A DNA stretch of 33,029 bases from an uncultured Bacteroides sp. (GTDB taxonomy: Bacteria > Bacteroidota > Bacteroidia > Bacteroidales > Muribaculaceae): NCBI GenBank assembly GCA_964598685.1, contig CAZRCU010000002.1, positions 1 through 33,029 of the forward strand, read 5' to 3'. Each line of letters opens with the position of its first letter. Positions within the stretch are counted from its first letter, which is position 1. Under the pieces are notes generated by a model. The model was not told the origin of the DNA. It saw nothing but the letters and a program-made list of their open reading frames with translations, and made no database searches. Made by a program: the position numbers and the translations under genes. This document shows positions 1-9,607 of the stretch, one piece after another.

Positions 1-42
1 CGAGGTTTTCGATATGAATTTTGTATATTCAATAAGTTTAGC

Positions 43-50
43 TAAATTTG
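43..50 (+). promoter_or_regulatory. Bacteroidetes sigma-A -7 element for serC
   Basis: TAAATTTG matches TAnnTTTG; TTTG at 20-23 lies 19 bp upstream (-33 box). Confidence 0.7.
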
Positions 51-91
51 CAGTTGTAACCCCATAATCCCCCATCTATATCACAACGGAT

Positions 92-1159
92 ATGAAAAAA
101 CATAACTTCTACGCCGGACCATCAATCCTGAGCGAGTACACTATTAAGAACACCGCTGAAGCAATTCTTAACTTCGCAGAAACAGGCCTTTCAGTGCTTG
201 AAGTTTCGCACCGTAGTAAAGAATTTCAAGCCGTTATAGACGAAGCCACGGCATTGGTAAAGGAAATCCTCAATGTGCCTGAAGGTTTCTCTGTGCTATG
301 GTTGGGCGGCGGTGCCTCGATGCAATTCTGCATGATTCCTTACAACTTCCTTAACACCAAGGCTTCGTATCTCGATACCGGTACATGGGCATCGAATGCT
401 ATCAAAGAAGCTCGTTTGTTTGGCGAGGTTGATGTGGTGGCATCGTCGAAGGACGCCAACTACACATTCATCCCTAAGGACTGGAAGGTGGCCGAGGATT
501 CGCAGTATTTTCACTACACCTCAAACAACACCATCTATGGCACCGAGATTCGCAAAGATCCCGAAGTGTCGTGCCCGCTGATTGCCGATATGAGCTCGGA
601 TATCTTCTCTCGCGAGATTGATTTCAGCAAGTATATTGCTGTGTATGCCGGTGCTCAAAAGAATTTGGCTCCGGCCGGCGTCACCATCGCTATCGTAAAG
701 GATGATGCTCTTGGCCATGTGGATCGTGCGATCCCGACAATGCTCGACTATCGCACACACGTGAAGAAGGGCTCGATGTTCAACACTCCTCCGGTGTTGC
801 CTATCTTTGCAGCTTTGCAGACTCTTCGCTATTACAAGGAACTTGGCGGCTTGAAAGAACTTGAACGTCGCGATCTTGCCAAGGCAGCCGCTCTGTATGA
901 GGCTATTGATTCCAGCCGCATCTTCAAGGGCACTGTAGCCGAGGAAGATCGTTCGATCATGAACGTTTGCTTTGTTATGAAGCCTGAATACGTAGAACTC
1001 GAAAAAGAGTTTATCGACTTTTGCAGCGAACGTGGCATCGTCGGCATCAAGGGTCACCGCTCGGTAGGCGGCTTCCGCGCATCGCTCTACAACGCTCTGC
1101 CAATTGAGAGCGTGAAGGTGCTGATCGAGGCAATGAAAGATTTTGAATACAAACATTAA
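92..1159 (+). CDS. serC: Phosphoserine aminotransferase
   Basis: NFYAGPS N-terminus, SHRS, NTIYG, ADMSS, GAQKN (PLP lysine), [21 protein letters not shown]. Confidence 0.97.
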   Translation: MKKHNFYAGPSILSEYTIKNTAEAILNFAETGLSVLEVSHRSKEFQAVIDEATALVKEILNVPEGFSVLWLGGGASMQFCMIPYNFLNTKASYLDTGTWASNAIKEARLFGEVDVVASSKDANYTFIPKDWKVAEDSQYFHYTSNNTIYGTEIRKDPEVSCPLIADMSSDIFSREIDFSKYIAVYAGAQKNLAPAGVTIAIVKDDALGHVDRAIPTMLDYRTHVKKGSMFNTPPVLPIFAALQTLRYYKELGGLKELERRDLAKAAALYEAIDSSRIFKGTVAEEDRSIMNVCFVMKPEYVELEKEFIDFCSERGIVGIKGHRSVGGFRASLYNALPIESVKVLIEAMKDFEYKH

Positions 1160-1160
1160 T

Positions 1161-2090
1161 ATGTCTACCATGAAGAAAATTTTGGTGGCCACAGAAAAGC
1201 CTTTCGCAGCCGCTGCTGTCGAGGGTATCCGTGGCGTGGTAGAAGCCGCAGGCTATGAATTGGCATTGCTTGAGAAGTACACCGATCGTGCTGATCTTCT
1301 CGCTGCCGTGGCCGATGCTGATGGCTTGATCATTCGCAGTGATAAAGTTGGCGCAGATGTGTTTGCCGCTGCTCCTAATTTGGAGATTGTGGTGCGCGCC
1401 GGCGCCGGCTATGATAATATCGACCTTGCTGCCGCTACAGCAGCCGGTGTAGTGGCCGAGAACACTCCGGGCCAAAATTCCAATGCTGTGGCAGAATTGG
1501 TGTTTGGCATGGCTGTGATGGCTGCTCGCAATATGTATGCCGGCACATCCGGTATTGAACTTAAAGGCAAGAAACTTGGCATCCAGGCTTTTGGCGCCGT
1601 AGGCCGCAACGTGGCTCGTATCGCACAGGGCTTTGGCATGGAAGTGTCGGCTCTCGATCCCTATTGCCCTGATGAAGCTATGGAGAAAGCCGACGTGGCT
1701 GCTGTTCACGATATCAATGCATTGTATTCTGATAATCTGTTTGTGTCGATACACATTCCGGCAACAGCTGAAACTATCGGCTCGATCGGCTATGACTTGA
1801 TTACACGTATGCCTAAGGGCGCTGTGCTAATCAATACAGCCCGTAAAGAAGTGATCGACGAGGCCGGCTTGGCCCGCGCATTGGCAGATCGTGCCGACTT
1901 GAAATATGTGGCCGATGTGGCTCCGACAAACGCTGCTGAATTGACCGAAAAATTTGCCGGCCGTGTGTTCTTCACTCCCAAAAAGATGGGCGCACAGACA
2001 GCCGAGGCAAATATCAATGCAGGCATCGCCGCAGCAAACCAGGTGGTGGCTTTCTTGCGCGACGGCGTGGATAGATTCCGCGTAAATTGA
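1161..2090 (+). CDS. serA: D-3-phosphoglycerate dehydrogenase (short type III, Lys-catalytic)
   Basis: RAGAGYDNID, NTPGQNSNAVAE, INTARKEVIDE, TPKKMGAQT; directly follows serC. Start ATG 1161 or 1170. Confidence 0.88.
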   Translation: MSTMKKILVATEKPFAAAAVEGIRGVVEAAGYELALLEKYTDRADLLAAVADADGLIIRSDKVGADVFAAAPNLEIVVRAGAGYDNIDLAAATAAGVVAENTPGQNSNAVAELVFGMAVMAARNMYAGTSGIELKGKKLGIQAFGAVGRNVARIAQGFGMEVSALDPYCPDEAMEKADVAAVHDINALYSDNLFVSIHIPATAETIGSIGYDLITRMPKGAVLINTARKEVIDEAGLARALADRADLKYVADVAPTNAAELTEKFAGRVFFTPKKMGAQTAEANINAGIAAANQVVAFLRDGVDRFRVN

Positions 2091-2116
2091 ACTTACCCAA
2101 CCTAAATTATACTATC

Positions 2117-2153
2117 GACTCCGGCAGTTTTGCCGGAGTCTTTAAATTTTTTT
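2117..2153 (+). terminator. Intrinsic terminator of serC-serA
   Basis: GACTCCGGCA-GTTT-TGCCGGAGTC perfect 10-bp stem followed by T-rich tract. Confidence 0.85.
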
Positions 2154-2179
2154 CTAACCTCACACAATATCATAGCCAA

Positions 2180-2212
2180 TTTGTCGTTAAAAACATACGA
2201 TAATTAACTTTG
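2180..2212 (+). promoter_or_regulatory. Promoter of the wza operon
   Basis: TTTG (2180-2183), 21-bp spacer, TAACTTTG (2205-2212). Confidence 0.7.
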
Positions 2213-2233
2213 AATAACCGGTCATTATATATA

Positions 2234-3037
2234 ATGAAGCTAAATTATTTGGCAATTCTTGGCGGTGCAGCGTTGTTGCTCGCATCGTGTAGCTCATCCA
2301 ACACTACGTTGCCCTATTTTACCGACCTACCTAACAATGGCGAGGGTACGTTGTCAACTTTAGATTACGTTACAACAATTCGTCCCGACGACGAGTTGAT
2401 GATTGTTGTGTCTTCATCGTATCCTGAGGCCGCAATTCACTACAATTTGCCGCAGGCAGCTCCGGCCACTCGCGAAGAGATGATAATGTACAACACTCAG
2501 CACCCACAGACATATATTGTAAGCTCTGACGGCTATATCAATATGCCTGTGCTTGGCAAAATCTATGTTGTGGGTAAGACTACCGAAGACTTGCAAAAGC
2601 AGCTGACCGAAACGATTCAAAAGGATGTGGCTGATGTGGTGGTGCGCGTGGAAATGGTTAATTTCCAGGTTGTAGTGGCCGGCGAAGTGTCGCGTCCTTC
2701 AAAAATAAAGGTAACACGCAAGCGTTATAGCATCCTTGATGCACTTGGCGAGGCCGGCGACCTTACGGTGTATGGCCAGCGCAATAATGTGCTGCTGATA
2801 CGCGAGGAAAATGGCGAGAGAAAATACGTTCGCCTGAATCTTAATAGCTCTGAGGTGCTCACATCGCCTTATTTCTACCTTAAGCAGAATGATTATATTT
2901 ATGTTGAGCCTAACAATATTCGTCAAGCCAACTCGAGATATAACCAAGATAATGCCTACAAACTTACAGTGATTTCAACAGTGGTGAGCGCTTGCTCTGT
3001 AATCGCTTCACTTGTTATCGCACTTGCAATTAAATAA
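2234..3037 (+). CDS. wza: Polysaccharide export outer-membrane lipoprotein (Wza/OPX)
   Basis: Lipobox LLASC, IRPDDEL.I.V, DGYINMPVLG, GEVSRP, SLBB-like ALGEAGDLTVYG.R.NV; ATG 2234 preferred over TTG 2210. Confidence 0.92.
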   Translation: MKLNYLAILGGAALLLASCSSSNTTLPYFTDLPNNGEGTLSTLDYVTTIRPDDELMIVVSSSYPEAAIHYNLPQAAPATREEMIMYNTQHPQTYIVSSDGYINMPVLGKIYVVGKTTEDLQKQLTETIQKDVADVVVRVEMVNFQVVVAGEVSRPSKIKVTRKRYSILDALGEAGDLTVYGQRNNVLLIREENGERKYVRLNLNSSEVLTSPYFYLKQNDYIYVEPNNIRQANSRYNQDNAYKLTVISTVVSACSVIASLVIALAIK

Positions 3038-3039
3038 TC

Positions 3040-5343
3040 ATGGCTAAGAAAACCTATTCTGATATTATAAATGTTCGCAGCCTGCTCAAGAGCTACGTGT
3101 CGAAATGGTATTTGTTTGTCATTTCGGTGGTGTGCTGCGTGGCAATTGGCCTGCTCTTTTGCCGTATTCACAAAGTGATCTACGGTGTGCGTGCAAATGT
3201 GCTGATTCAGCAAGAAGACACCAACCCTCTCTCATCGGCTATGGGTGGCCTTAGCTCTCTGTTTGGAGCCTCGGGCCAAGTGGATGATGAAATCTTTGTG
3301 ATATCCTCTCACTCGCTTTATCGCGACGTGGTGAAAGATCTCGGTCTCAACCGCACCCACTATGTGCGCTTGGGCTTCTTGAAGCAAGAACTCACATATC
3401 CCGATTTCCCCATCGACGTGTATCCTGCCGAAGGCATTGTCGACACCCTTAAAGCCAACATCGCTTTCCGTGTGCAAGTGAAGGAAAATGGTAAGGCCAA
3501 GGTGCGTATCAAGGGCCCCCATCATTATAAAGAAGTATATAAGGATATCACTCTGCCCTATACATTCAACACCCCTTGGGGCGAATTTACAGTCGATCGC
3601 ACTCAATACTATCCCAAGGGCGAAGAACTCACTTCAAATATCATCGTTACCGGTTATCATGCTGCTGCCGAGAATTTGGCTTTGGATGTCTATTCATCAA
3701 TTGCCAATAAGCGCAGTAATGTGATTGAAATGGGCTATGATACACCCAACCCCGAGATGGGTGAGATGATTCTTCAAGATATTATTGATAAATACAACGA
3801 ACGCGGTATTCGCGAGAAGAATATTCAGGGTGAAAAGACCGCTGAATTTATTGAGGAGCGCTTGCGCTTACTTACCGCCGACCTCAGCGATTCCGAGGCC
3901 GAATATCAGAAATATATCGAAGGTCAGGGTATCGTCGACGTTCAGACCGAAGTCGCCTACCAGAGCACTAAACGCGGCGAGGTGGAAACCGAACTTATTC
4001 AAGCCCAGACTCAGCTTGAAATCTTGCGACTGACACGCGATTTTATCTCGAATCCCTCCAATAAATATGAGCTGATTCCTATGACAGTGGAATCGCAGGG
4101 CTTGCAAAACGCTATAGCTGAATACAACAAAGTGGTGTTGCAGCGTGCTGATATGTTGCGCACCGTGCATGAAGATAATGCTGCTGTGCAGCGCTTGACC
4201 ACCCAGGTGGATGCAATGCGTGCCAACATTATTTCAAGTGTCAACCAGGCCTTTGGCAATATGCAAGTGACTGTGCGCGACCTCAACTCGCAAATGTCGC
4301 AGACCGGCAGCCGTCTCGGTTCTGTCCCCGGCCAGCAACGCACAGTCGTAGATATGCTCCGTCAACTCGAGGTGAAGCAACAGCTATTCCTGTTCCTGCG
4401 TAAGCATCAAGAGGAAAATGCGATGTTGATGGCCAACGCCGTGTCGAAAGGCATGATTGTGGATGTGCCCTATACATTGAAGAAGCCGCTAAGCATGAGC
4501 AATATTCTGATTCTGTTTATTGCTTTCGTACTTGGCTTGTGCATCCCGCCGGTGTATCTGTATCTTGTGAAGCTTATCCGCAATCGTGTGGAAAGCCGCG
4601 AAGAAATCGAACACCGCACATCGGCTCCTATCCTAGGCGAAATGTGTATCAATCATTCCGGCCAGTCGCTGGTGGTTAGTCCTACCGACACCTCGTCGGC
4701 TACCGAGCTTTTCAGATTGATGCGTGCCAATTTGCTGTTTGTGTTCAATGATGCCGGCGATAAAGTGGTGCTTACCACTTCAACTAATTCCGGCGAGGGC
4801 AAGACATTTATCTCTATCAACCTGGCAGCATCGTTGGCATTGCTTGGCAAGAAAGTGCTGCTCGTAGGCATGGATATTCGTGCCCCGAAGATTGGATCTT
4901 ATCTCGGCGTCCGTCCGGCCAAGGGCCTTACCAACTATCTGTCGTCGGCCGACGTCACCATTGATGATATTATCGTGGAATCGCCTATTCCCACTATGCC
5001 TACATTCGACGTCATCACAGCCGGCCCGATTCCTCCCAACCCGGCCGAGTTGCTAACCTCGCGCAAGGTCGACGACCTGTTCAGGGAATTGCGTGTGCGC
5101 TACGACTATATTGTGGTGGATAGTGCTCCTGTTGGCATGGTCAGCGACACATTCACATTGAATCGAATCTCGGATGCCACCATCTATGTGACACGTTTGA
5201 ATGTGACATCTAACGATGATGTGGATGCGCTCGATGAAATCTACACCGACTCGCGCTTGAAGAAACTGTCGGTAGTGATTAATGGTGTGAAGGGCAAGCG
5301 CTCTTATGGCTATGGAAATAAATCCGGCGCCGACGTATATTAA
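3040..5343 (+). CDS. wzc: Polysaccharide co-polymerase / BY-kinase (Wzc)
   Basis: Two TM segments around a coiled-coil; Walker A SGEGKT, A' LLVGMDIR, GPIPPNPAELL, Walker B IVVDSAP, C-terminal YGYG. Confidence 0.93.
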   Translation: MAKKTYSDIINVRSLLKSYVSKWYLFVISVVCCVAIGLLFCRIHKVIYGVRANVLIQQEDTNPLSSAMGGLSSLFGASGQVDDEIFVISSHSLYRDVVKDLGLNRTHYVRLGFLKQELTYPDFPIDVYPAEGIVDTLKANIAFRVQVKENGKAKVRIKGPHHYKEVYKDITLPYTFNTPWGEFTVDRTQYYPKGEELTSNIIVTGYHAAAENLALDVYSSIANKRSNVIEMGYDTPNPEMGEMILQDIIDKYNERGIREKNIQGEKTAEFIEERLRLLTADLSDSEAEYQKYIEGQGIVDVQTEVAYQSTKRGEVETELIQAQTQLEILRLTRDFISNPSNKYELIPMTVESQGLQNAIAEYNKVVLQRADMLRTVHEDNAAVQRLTTQVDAMRANIISSVNQAFGNMQVTVRDLNSQMSQTGSRLGSVPGQQRTVVDMLRQLEVKQQLFLFLRKHQEENAMLMANAVSKGMIVDVPYTLKKPLSMSNILILFIAFVLGLCIPPVYLYLVKLIRNRVESREEIEHRTSAPILGEMCINHSGQSLVVSPTDTSSATELFRLMRANLLFVFNDAGDKVVLTTSTNSGEGKTFISINLAASLALLGKKVLLVGMDIRAPKIGSYLGVRPAKGLTNYLSSADVTIDDIIVESPIPTMPTFDVITAGPIPPNPAELLTSRKVDDLFRELRVRYDYIVVDSAPVGMVSDTFTLNRISDATIYVTRLNVTSNDDVDALDEIYTDSRLKKLSVVINGVKGKRSYGYGNKSGADVY

Positions 5344-5359
5344 TTAAAATCCCATTACC

Positions 5360-5392
5360 CCCGGCAAGTTGGTGTATAAGCAGCTTGCCGGG
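5360..5392 (+). other. Intergenic stem-loop between wzc and wzy
   Basis: CCCGGCAAGTTG...CAGCTTGCCGGG 12-bp stem with one G-U; weak U-tract. Confidence 0.6.
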
Positions 5393-5409
5393 CGGCTTTA
5401 TAAGTAACA

Positions 5410-6918
5410 ATGACCGCAATCGCACGATATAAAAAGGCCATACATCAGACCACATCCGCTGCCACTGAGCGCCAACCGCTCAATATACAGCGGAGCGAGA
5501 TGTTTTGGCCGATTGCGTTTATGCTTTCCATGATAATGATCGGCCTGAATTTCCCGTTGGGATATTTGGCGGCACCGGCTATTATCATTTCACGTTATCG
5601 TAAAGATCTCTACGACTTTGTCATAATGCTCACCATATTTTTTGGCGGATATGGATTTATGCTGCCGCTGGTGGATTTGCATTTTGATATTGCCATCTTA
5701 GTATTTATGGCTAGCGTGGTGGGTATGATCATTGTGCGCAAGACTCCGATTCTGAAGAAGAGCATATTGGCTTGCGCGGCATATTATATCGGCTTGATGC
5801 TGATTGCCTCGACCAGCGATGAGACGATGCTGTCGCAGCTGCATGGCATTCGCACCTATTCGCTTATAAGCTATTTCATTATAGTGGTGTTGGCGTTCTC
5901 CGGCAAGGAATTTGACATGAAGCGATTCATGCGCCAATGGTATCCGTATGTGTTTATTGCATGCGTTTGCTATATCTTGGACGTCACAATCATGGGCGGT
6001 CCGTTCTTTTTCCCGCGCGACCCGTCGATGCTTTATTATGAGGTGAAGTCGACGTTTTATAGTCCGCAAGTTCATCTGTTTGCATTCGATTTCCATCGCG
6101 TTTGGCCTCTCGGCTTGTTTATGATGATACCTTGTATTTATCCCACTGCGAGATATTTCAAGCTGTCCAAGTGGCAATGGCTTTTGGTGCTGTCGGCATT
6201 GCTGATAAGCAGAACGTTTACATTTTTCCTTGGCTTGGTGGTGTGTTTTATCATCTGCAAAGGCCAGGGCAAAAAATTGGGCCTTTATATCCTGCTTGGC
6301 ATTGTGGCATTTGTGGGATTGTATTTTGTGGACTCGGCTTTGCCCTATGATGAAGAGTCAAAAACCAGTACGCTGCGTATAAAATCATCGTTGGACCAAA
6401 TTATAGATTTTGATATAGATACAGCCGACGATGAGGATTTGGCCGAGCTTGGCACTACTCGCGGTGCACAAATCATCCCAAAGATGGAGCTGCTATATTC
6501 GCTGCATCGTGAATGGCTTGGCCTTGGCTTCTTGAATCGTGAGACTACCACCAATCAAAAATATATCATCGAAAACGAGCTTTACAACAACCCCGAAGAT
6601 GCCGAGGAGGTTGCCACCGGCGTGGAATCAATGCCCTTCCAGGTGATTCTTACTATCGGCTATTTGGGCATGATATTGCACATCTTGTTTTTTGTGTATT
6701 TGTGGTGGATTATCCGCAAATTGCCCGATTCGGGCTATTATGTGTGCACTGCCATGTGCTTTGTGATAATCGGTATTAGCGGATTCTCAGGGCTTATAGC
6801 AGCATATAGCCTATATATACTCGGCACTGTGTTTGCGGCCATAATCTTGGCTCAAAAACGGCAGCTGGGCGGATTCTCTCTTCCTCCGATTAAAACCTAC
6901 GACAAGCGAGATATATGA
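5410..6918 (+). CDS. Putative polysaccharide polymerase / O-antigen ligase-like membrane protein (Wzy)
   Basis: About 11-12 hydrophobic segments, SRT motif before a large periplasmic loop with WLGLGF and GYLG; located between wzc and the flippase. Confidence 0.7.
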   Translation: MTAIARYKKAIHQTTSAATERQPLNIQRSEMFWPIAFMLSMIMIGLNFPLGYLAAPAIIISRYRKDLYDFVIMLTIFFGGYGFMLPLVDLHFDIAILVFMASVVGMIIVRKTPILKKSILACAAYYIGLMLIASTSDETMLSQLHGIRTYSLISYFIIVVLAFSGKEFDMKRFMRQWYPYVFIACVCYILDVTIMGGPFFFPRDPSMLYYEVKSTFYSPQVHLFAFDFHRVWPLGLFMMIPCIYPTARYFKLSKWQWLLVLSALLISRTFTFFLGLVVCFIICKGQGKKLGLYILLGIVAFVGLYFVDSALPYDEESKTSTLRIKSSLDQIIDFDIDTADDEDLAELGTTRGAQIIPKMELLYSLHREWLGLGFLNRETTTNQKYIIENELYNNPEDAEEVATGVESMPFQVILTIGYLGMILHILFFVYLWWIIRKLPDSGYYVCTAMCFVIIGISGFSGLIAAYSLYILGTVFAAIILAQKRQLGGFSLPPIKTYDKRDI

Positions 6919-8441
6919 GTAACGCCACAGATAGAAGGATTGCGCGCAACACCGCGTTTTTGTACGTGAGAATGTTGCTGATTATGGTGGTGTCGCTCTA
7001 CACATCGCGTGTGGTGCTTCAGATGCTTGGCGTATCCAATTATGGTATTTATAATGTGGTGGGCGGCATCGTCACTATCTTCGCTTTCCTTAACGGCACT
7101 ATGGCCGGCGCCACTCAGCGCTTCCTCAATTTCGAGATGGGCCGAGGTAATTTTGAGCGTCTGCGCCACACGTTCTCGGCCGCTCTATCGATCCACTTGG
7201 GCATTGTGGCCTTTGTGTTGCTTATCGGCGAGACTTTCGGATTGTGGTTTGTCAACACCCAATTGGTGGTGGCTCCCGAACGCATGATGGCTGCTAATTG
7301 GACCTATCAGCTATCGCTTTTCTCGTGTGTATTCACTATCATTCAGGTGCCTTTTATGGCCGATATTATGGCCAACGAGAAGATGGATGCATATGCCTAT
7401 CTGTCGTTGCTTACGGCAATTCTCCGCCTGGGCATAGCATTGCTGCTAATCTTTGTGGCCAATGCCGACACATTGATTGTCTATGCAGTGTTGATGTTGC
7501 TGGTGAATGTGGTGGTGTTCCTATGCTATTTCGTGTATTCTTTAAGAAAATTCGACGAATGTACGCTATCGCTGAGTGCGCCGCGCGATGTGCTCCGTAG
7601 CTTGCTGGGCTTCTCCGGTTCGGATATAGTTGGCAATTTATGTTGCACTATGAATTATCAGGGTACGCTTGTGGTGCTTAATCGCTTTGGCGGCACCGTG
7701 CTTAATGCGGCCGGCGGCATCACAATGCAGGTGAATGGCGCAATGACACAGTTTGGTATGTCGATTGTATCGGCATTCCGCCCTCAGATTGTAAAGCAAT
7801 ACGCCGCCGGCGATTTCGACTATATGAACCGACTAATGGCTAATTGTGCACGCTTTTCGGTGATGCTTATGGCCATTTTCTCTGTGCCGGCAATTGTAGA
7901 GATGAAGACATTGCTCGGATTGTGGCTTGGCCAGGTGCCAGAGTATGCCGTGGAATTTTGCCGAATTGCGTTGATTACCTCATTCACTGAAATGGTGCGA
8001 TTGGCTTTGAATTGCGGTGTACATGCCACGGGGCGAATCCTATGGTTTAGCCTTATCACTGGCGGCTTATATTTAGTGGAACTGCCATTTATGTATTGGC
8101 TGATTTTTGCCACCGAGACGCCGTGGATTGTGTATGGCTCGCATTTATTATTGGGATTCTTATTGGTGGCTATCACAATCATTATTCTTAAGAATCTGAT
8201 GGGCCAATTCCGGAGCCGCCGATTTGTGTGGCGCGGAATTTTTGTACCGGCGTTGATAGTAATTGTGGCTGCGATTGCTGCTACCATTCCTTCATATTAT
8301 TTCGAGCCTTCATTCCTACGCTTGATTTTGTCGGGTCTGTCGTCGGCTTTGGCGATTGCTGTGCTCGGCCTTACTTTTGGCATAGACGCGCAATCGCGTC
8401 GCGACCTCGTTGCCAAGCTTAAAGGCAAATTTGGTCGCTAA
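6915..8441 (+). CDS. wzx: Polysaccharide flippase (Wzx, MOP family)
   Basis: RIARNTAFLYVRM, LGVSNYGIYNVVGGIV, ATQRFLNFEMG, PQIVKQYA typical of Bacteroidales flippases; ATGA overlap with upstream gene. Confidence 0.9.
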   Translation: MSNATDRRIARNTAFLYVRMLLIMVVSLYTSRVVLQMLGVSNYGIYNVVGGIVTIFAFLNGTMAGATQRFLNFEMGRGNFERLRHTFSAALSIHLGIVAFVLLIGETFGLWFVNTQLVVAPERMMAANWTYQLSLFSCVFTIIQVPFMADIMANEKMDAYAYLSLLTAILRLGIALLLIFVANADTLIVYAVLMLLVNVVVFLCYFVYSLRKFDECTLSLSAPRDVLRSLLGFSGSDIVGNLCCTMNYQGTLVVLNRFGGTVLNAAGGITMQVNGAMTQFGMSIVSAFRPQIVKQYAAGDFDYMNRLMANCARFSVMLMAIFSVPAIVEMKTLLGLWLGQVPEYAVEFCRIALITSFTEMVRLALNCGVHATGRILWFSLITGGLYLVELPFMYWLIFATETPWIVYGSHLLLGFLLVAITIIILKNLMGQFRSRRFVWRGIFVPALIVIVAAIAATIPSYYFEPSFLRLILSGLSSALAIAVLGLTFGIDAQSRRDLVAKLKGKFGR

Positions 8442-8520
8442 TAATCCGCTGTTTATATATAAATTGAGGACATAATCCGCGAAAATGCAATATTTATTTG
8501 CAATTTGCTTTAAATGTTGC

Positions 8521-8528
8521 TATATTTG
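8521..8528 (+). promoter_or_regulatory. -7 promoter element for the MetE-like gene
   Basis: TATATTTG 33 bp upstream of the ATG; TTTG at 8496-8499. Confidence 0.6.
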
Positions 8529-8561
8529 GGAGCACTATTTTCAAAATCGTCGTTCTGAATT

Positions 8562-9599
8562 ATGAATTTTGATATTGTCGGGAGTTTTTTGGCTCCTGCA
8601 AATATAAGTATAGATAGCGGCGTGGCCGATATCGTTGAACGCCAAATTGCTTGCGGACTTCGCGAGGCAACTTCGGGCGAGCTCCGTCGTAAATATTGGA
8701 ATAAGGATTTTTATTTTGGATTGTCTGGCGTGATGGTGGAGCACGTCGACACGGGCCATTTATATCAGCAAGACGAGACCTTTGAGGATTTGCTGCGCTT
8801 CACCGATAGAGTGGGTTGCAATCCTAATCATCCGTTCTATGCCGATTTTGATTATCTGAATGAATGCGTGGCCGGACGTGTCGATGCGCGCCAAACATTG
8901 CCATCGCCTACCGATTTTTATCTGGATGCGCTTGATATGGCCGATGGAGATGTGTCGCGTGTGTATCCCGATGCCGATAACTTTTTGACAGATGTGGCCA
9001 CTGCGTGGCGAGATAGCTTGTTGGAATTTTATAATCATGGCTGCCGCCACATTCAACTCGACGACACTGCGTTTGCCAAGATGTGCGACAACGCTTTTGT
9101 GAAGCGCGTGGTGCAAGGTGGCACCGACCCACTGCGTCTGCGTCGTGATTTGATTACATTGTTTAATGCCTCGCTTGATGGATTGCCCTCTGATTTGATT
9201 TTGTCGCTCTATATTTCCTCGGGCTATCATGTAATTCCTAATTATGGGCGGGATGCATCGGACGATGGCTATCTGCTGCGCGTATTGGCCTCGGTGGATG
9301 TCAATGCATATTATCTACCGTTTGAGCCCGGTGATATTGAAAGTTTACAGATAATGAGTGTGGTGCCCAAGGGGCGCCATGTGGTGATGGGCCTTGTGGA
9401 TCCTCACAGCCCGTTCCCCGACCGACCTGAATTGGTGCTGCTGTCGGCTCGCTGTGCTCAATCGGCCTATCCGTGGCTGAATTTATCAATGAGCCCGATG
9501 TGTGGGTTTAAGCTTTCAAGCTATTTGTATCGAGGTCTCACCTACGAAGATCAATGGCGCAAGCTCGAGGAATTAAAGGCTTTGGCGGCTAAGGTCTAG
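8562..9599 (+). CDS. Cobalamin-independent methionine synthase II family (MetE C-domain / YxjH-like) protein with degenerate Zn site
   Basis: DIVGSFL.P, (T)SGELRR, NHPF, RQTLPSP, GCRHIQLDD, SPMCGF, LTYEDQWRKL; HxC replaced by YIS. Confidence 0.8.
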   Translation: MNFDIVGSFLAPANISIDSGVADIVERQIACGLREATSGELRRKYWNKDFYFGLSGVMVEHVDTGHLYQQDETFEDLLRFTDRVGCNPNHPFYADFDYLNECVAGRVDARQTLPSPTDFYLDALDMADGDVSRVYPDADNFLTDVATAWRDSLLEFYNHGCRHIQLDDTAFAKMCDNAFVKRVVQGGTDPLRLRRDLITLFNASLDGLPSDLILSLYISSGYHVIPNYGRDASDDGYLLRVLASVDVNAYYLPFEPGDIESLQIMSVVPKGRHVVMGLVDPHSPFPDRPELVLLSARCAQSAYPWLNLSMSPMCGFKLSSYLYRGLTYEDQWRKLEELKALAAKV

Positions 9600-9607
9600 T
9601 GCTTAAA

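Noticed and set aside
2091-2233. Invertible capsule promoter or UpxY-type leader before wza
   Set aside because: The only IR is the serA terminator; the promoter is not flanked by IRs and the leader is about 20 nt
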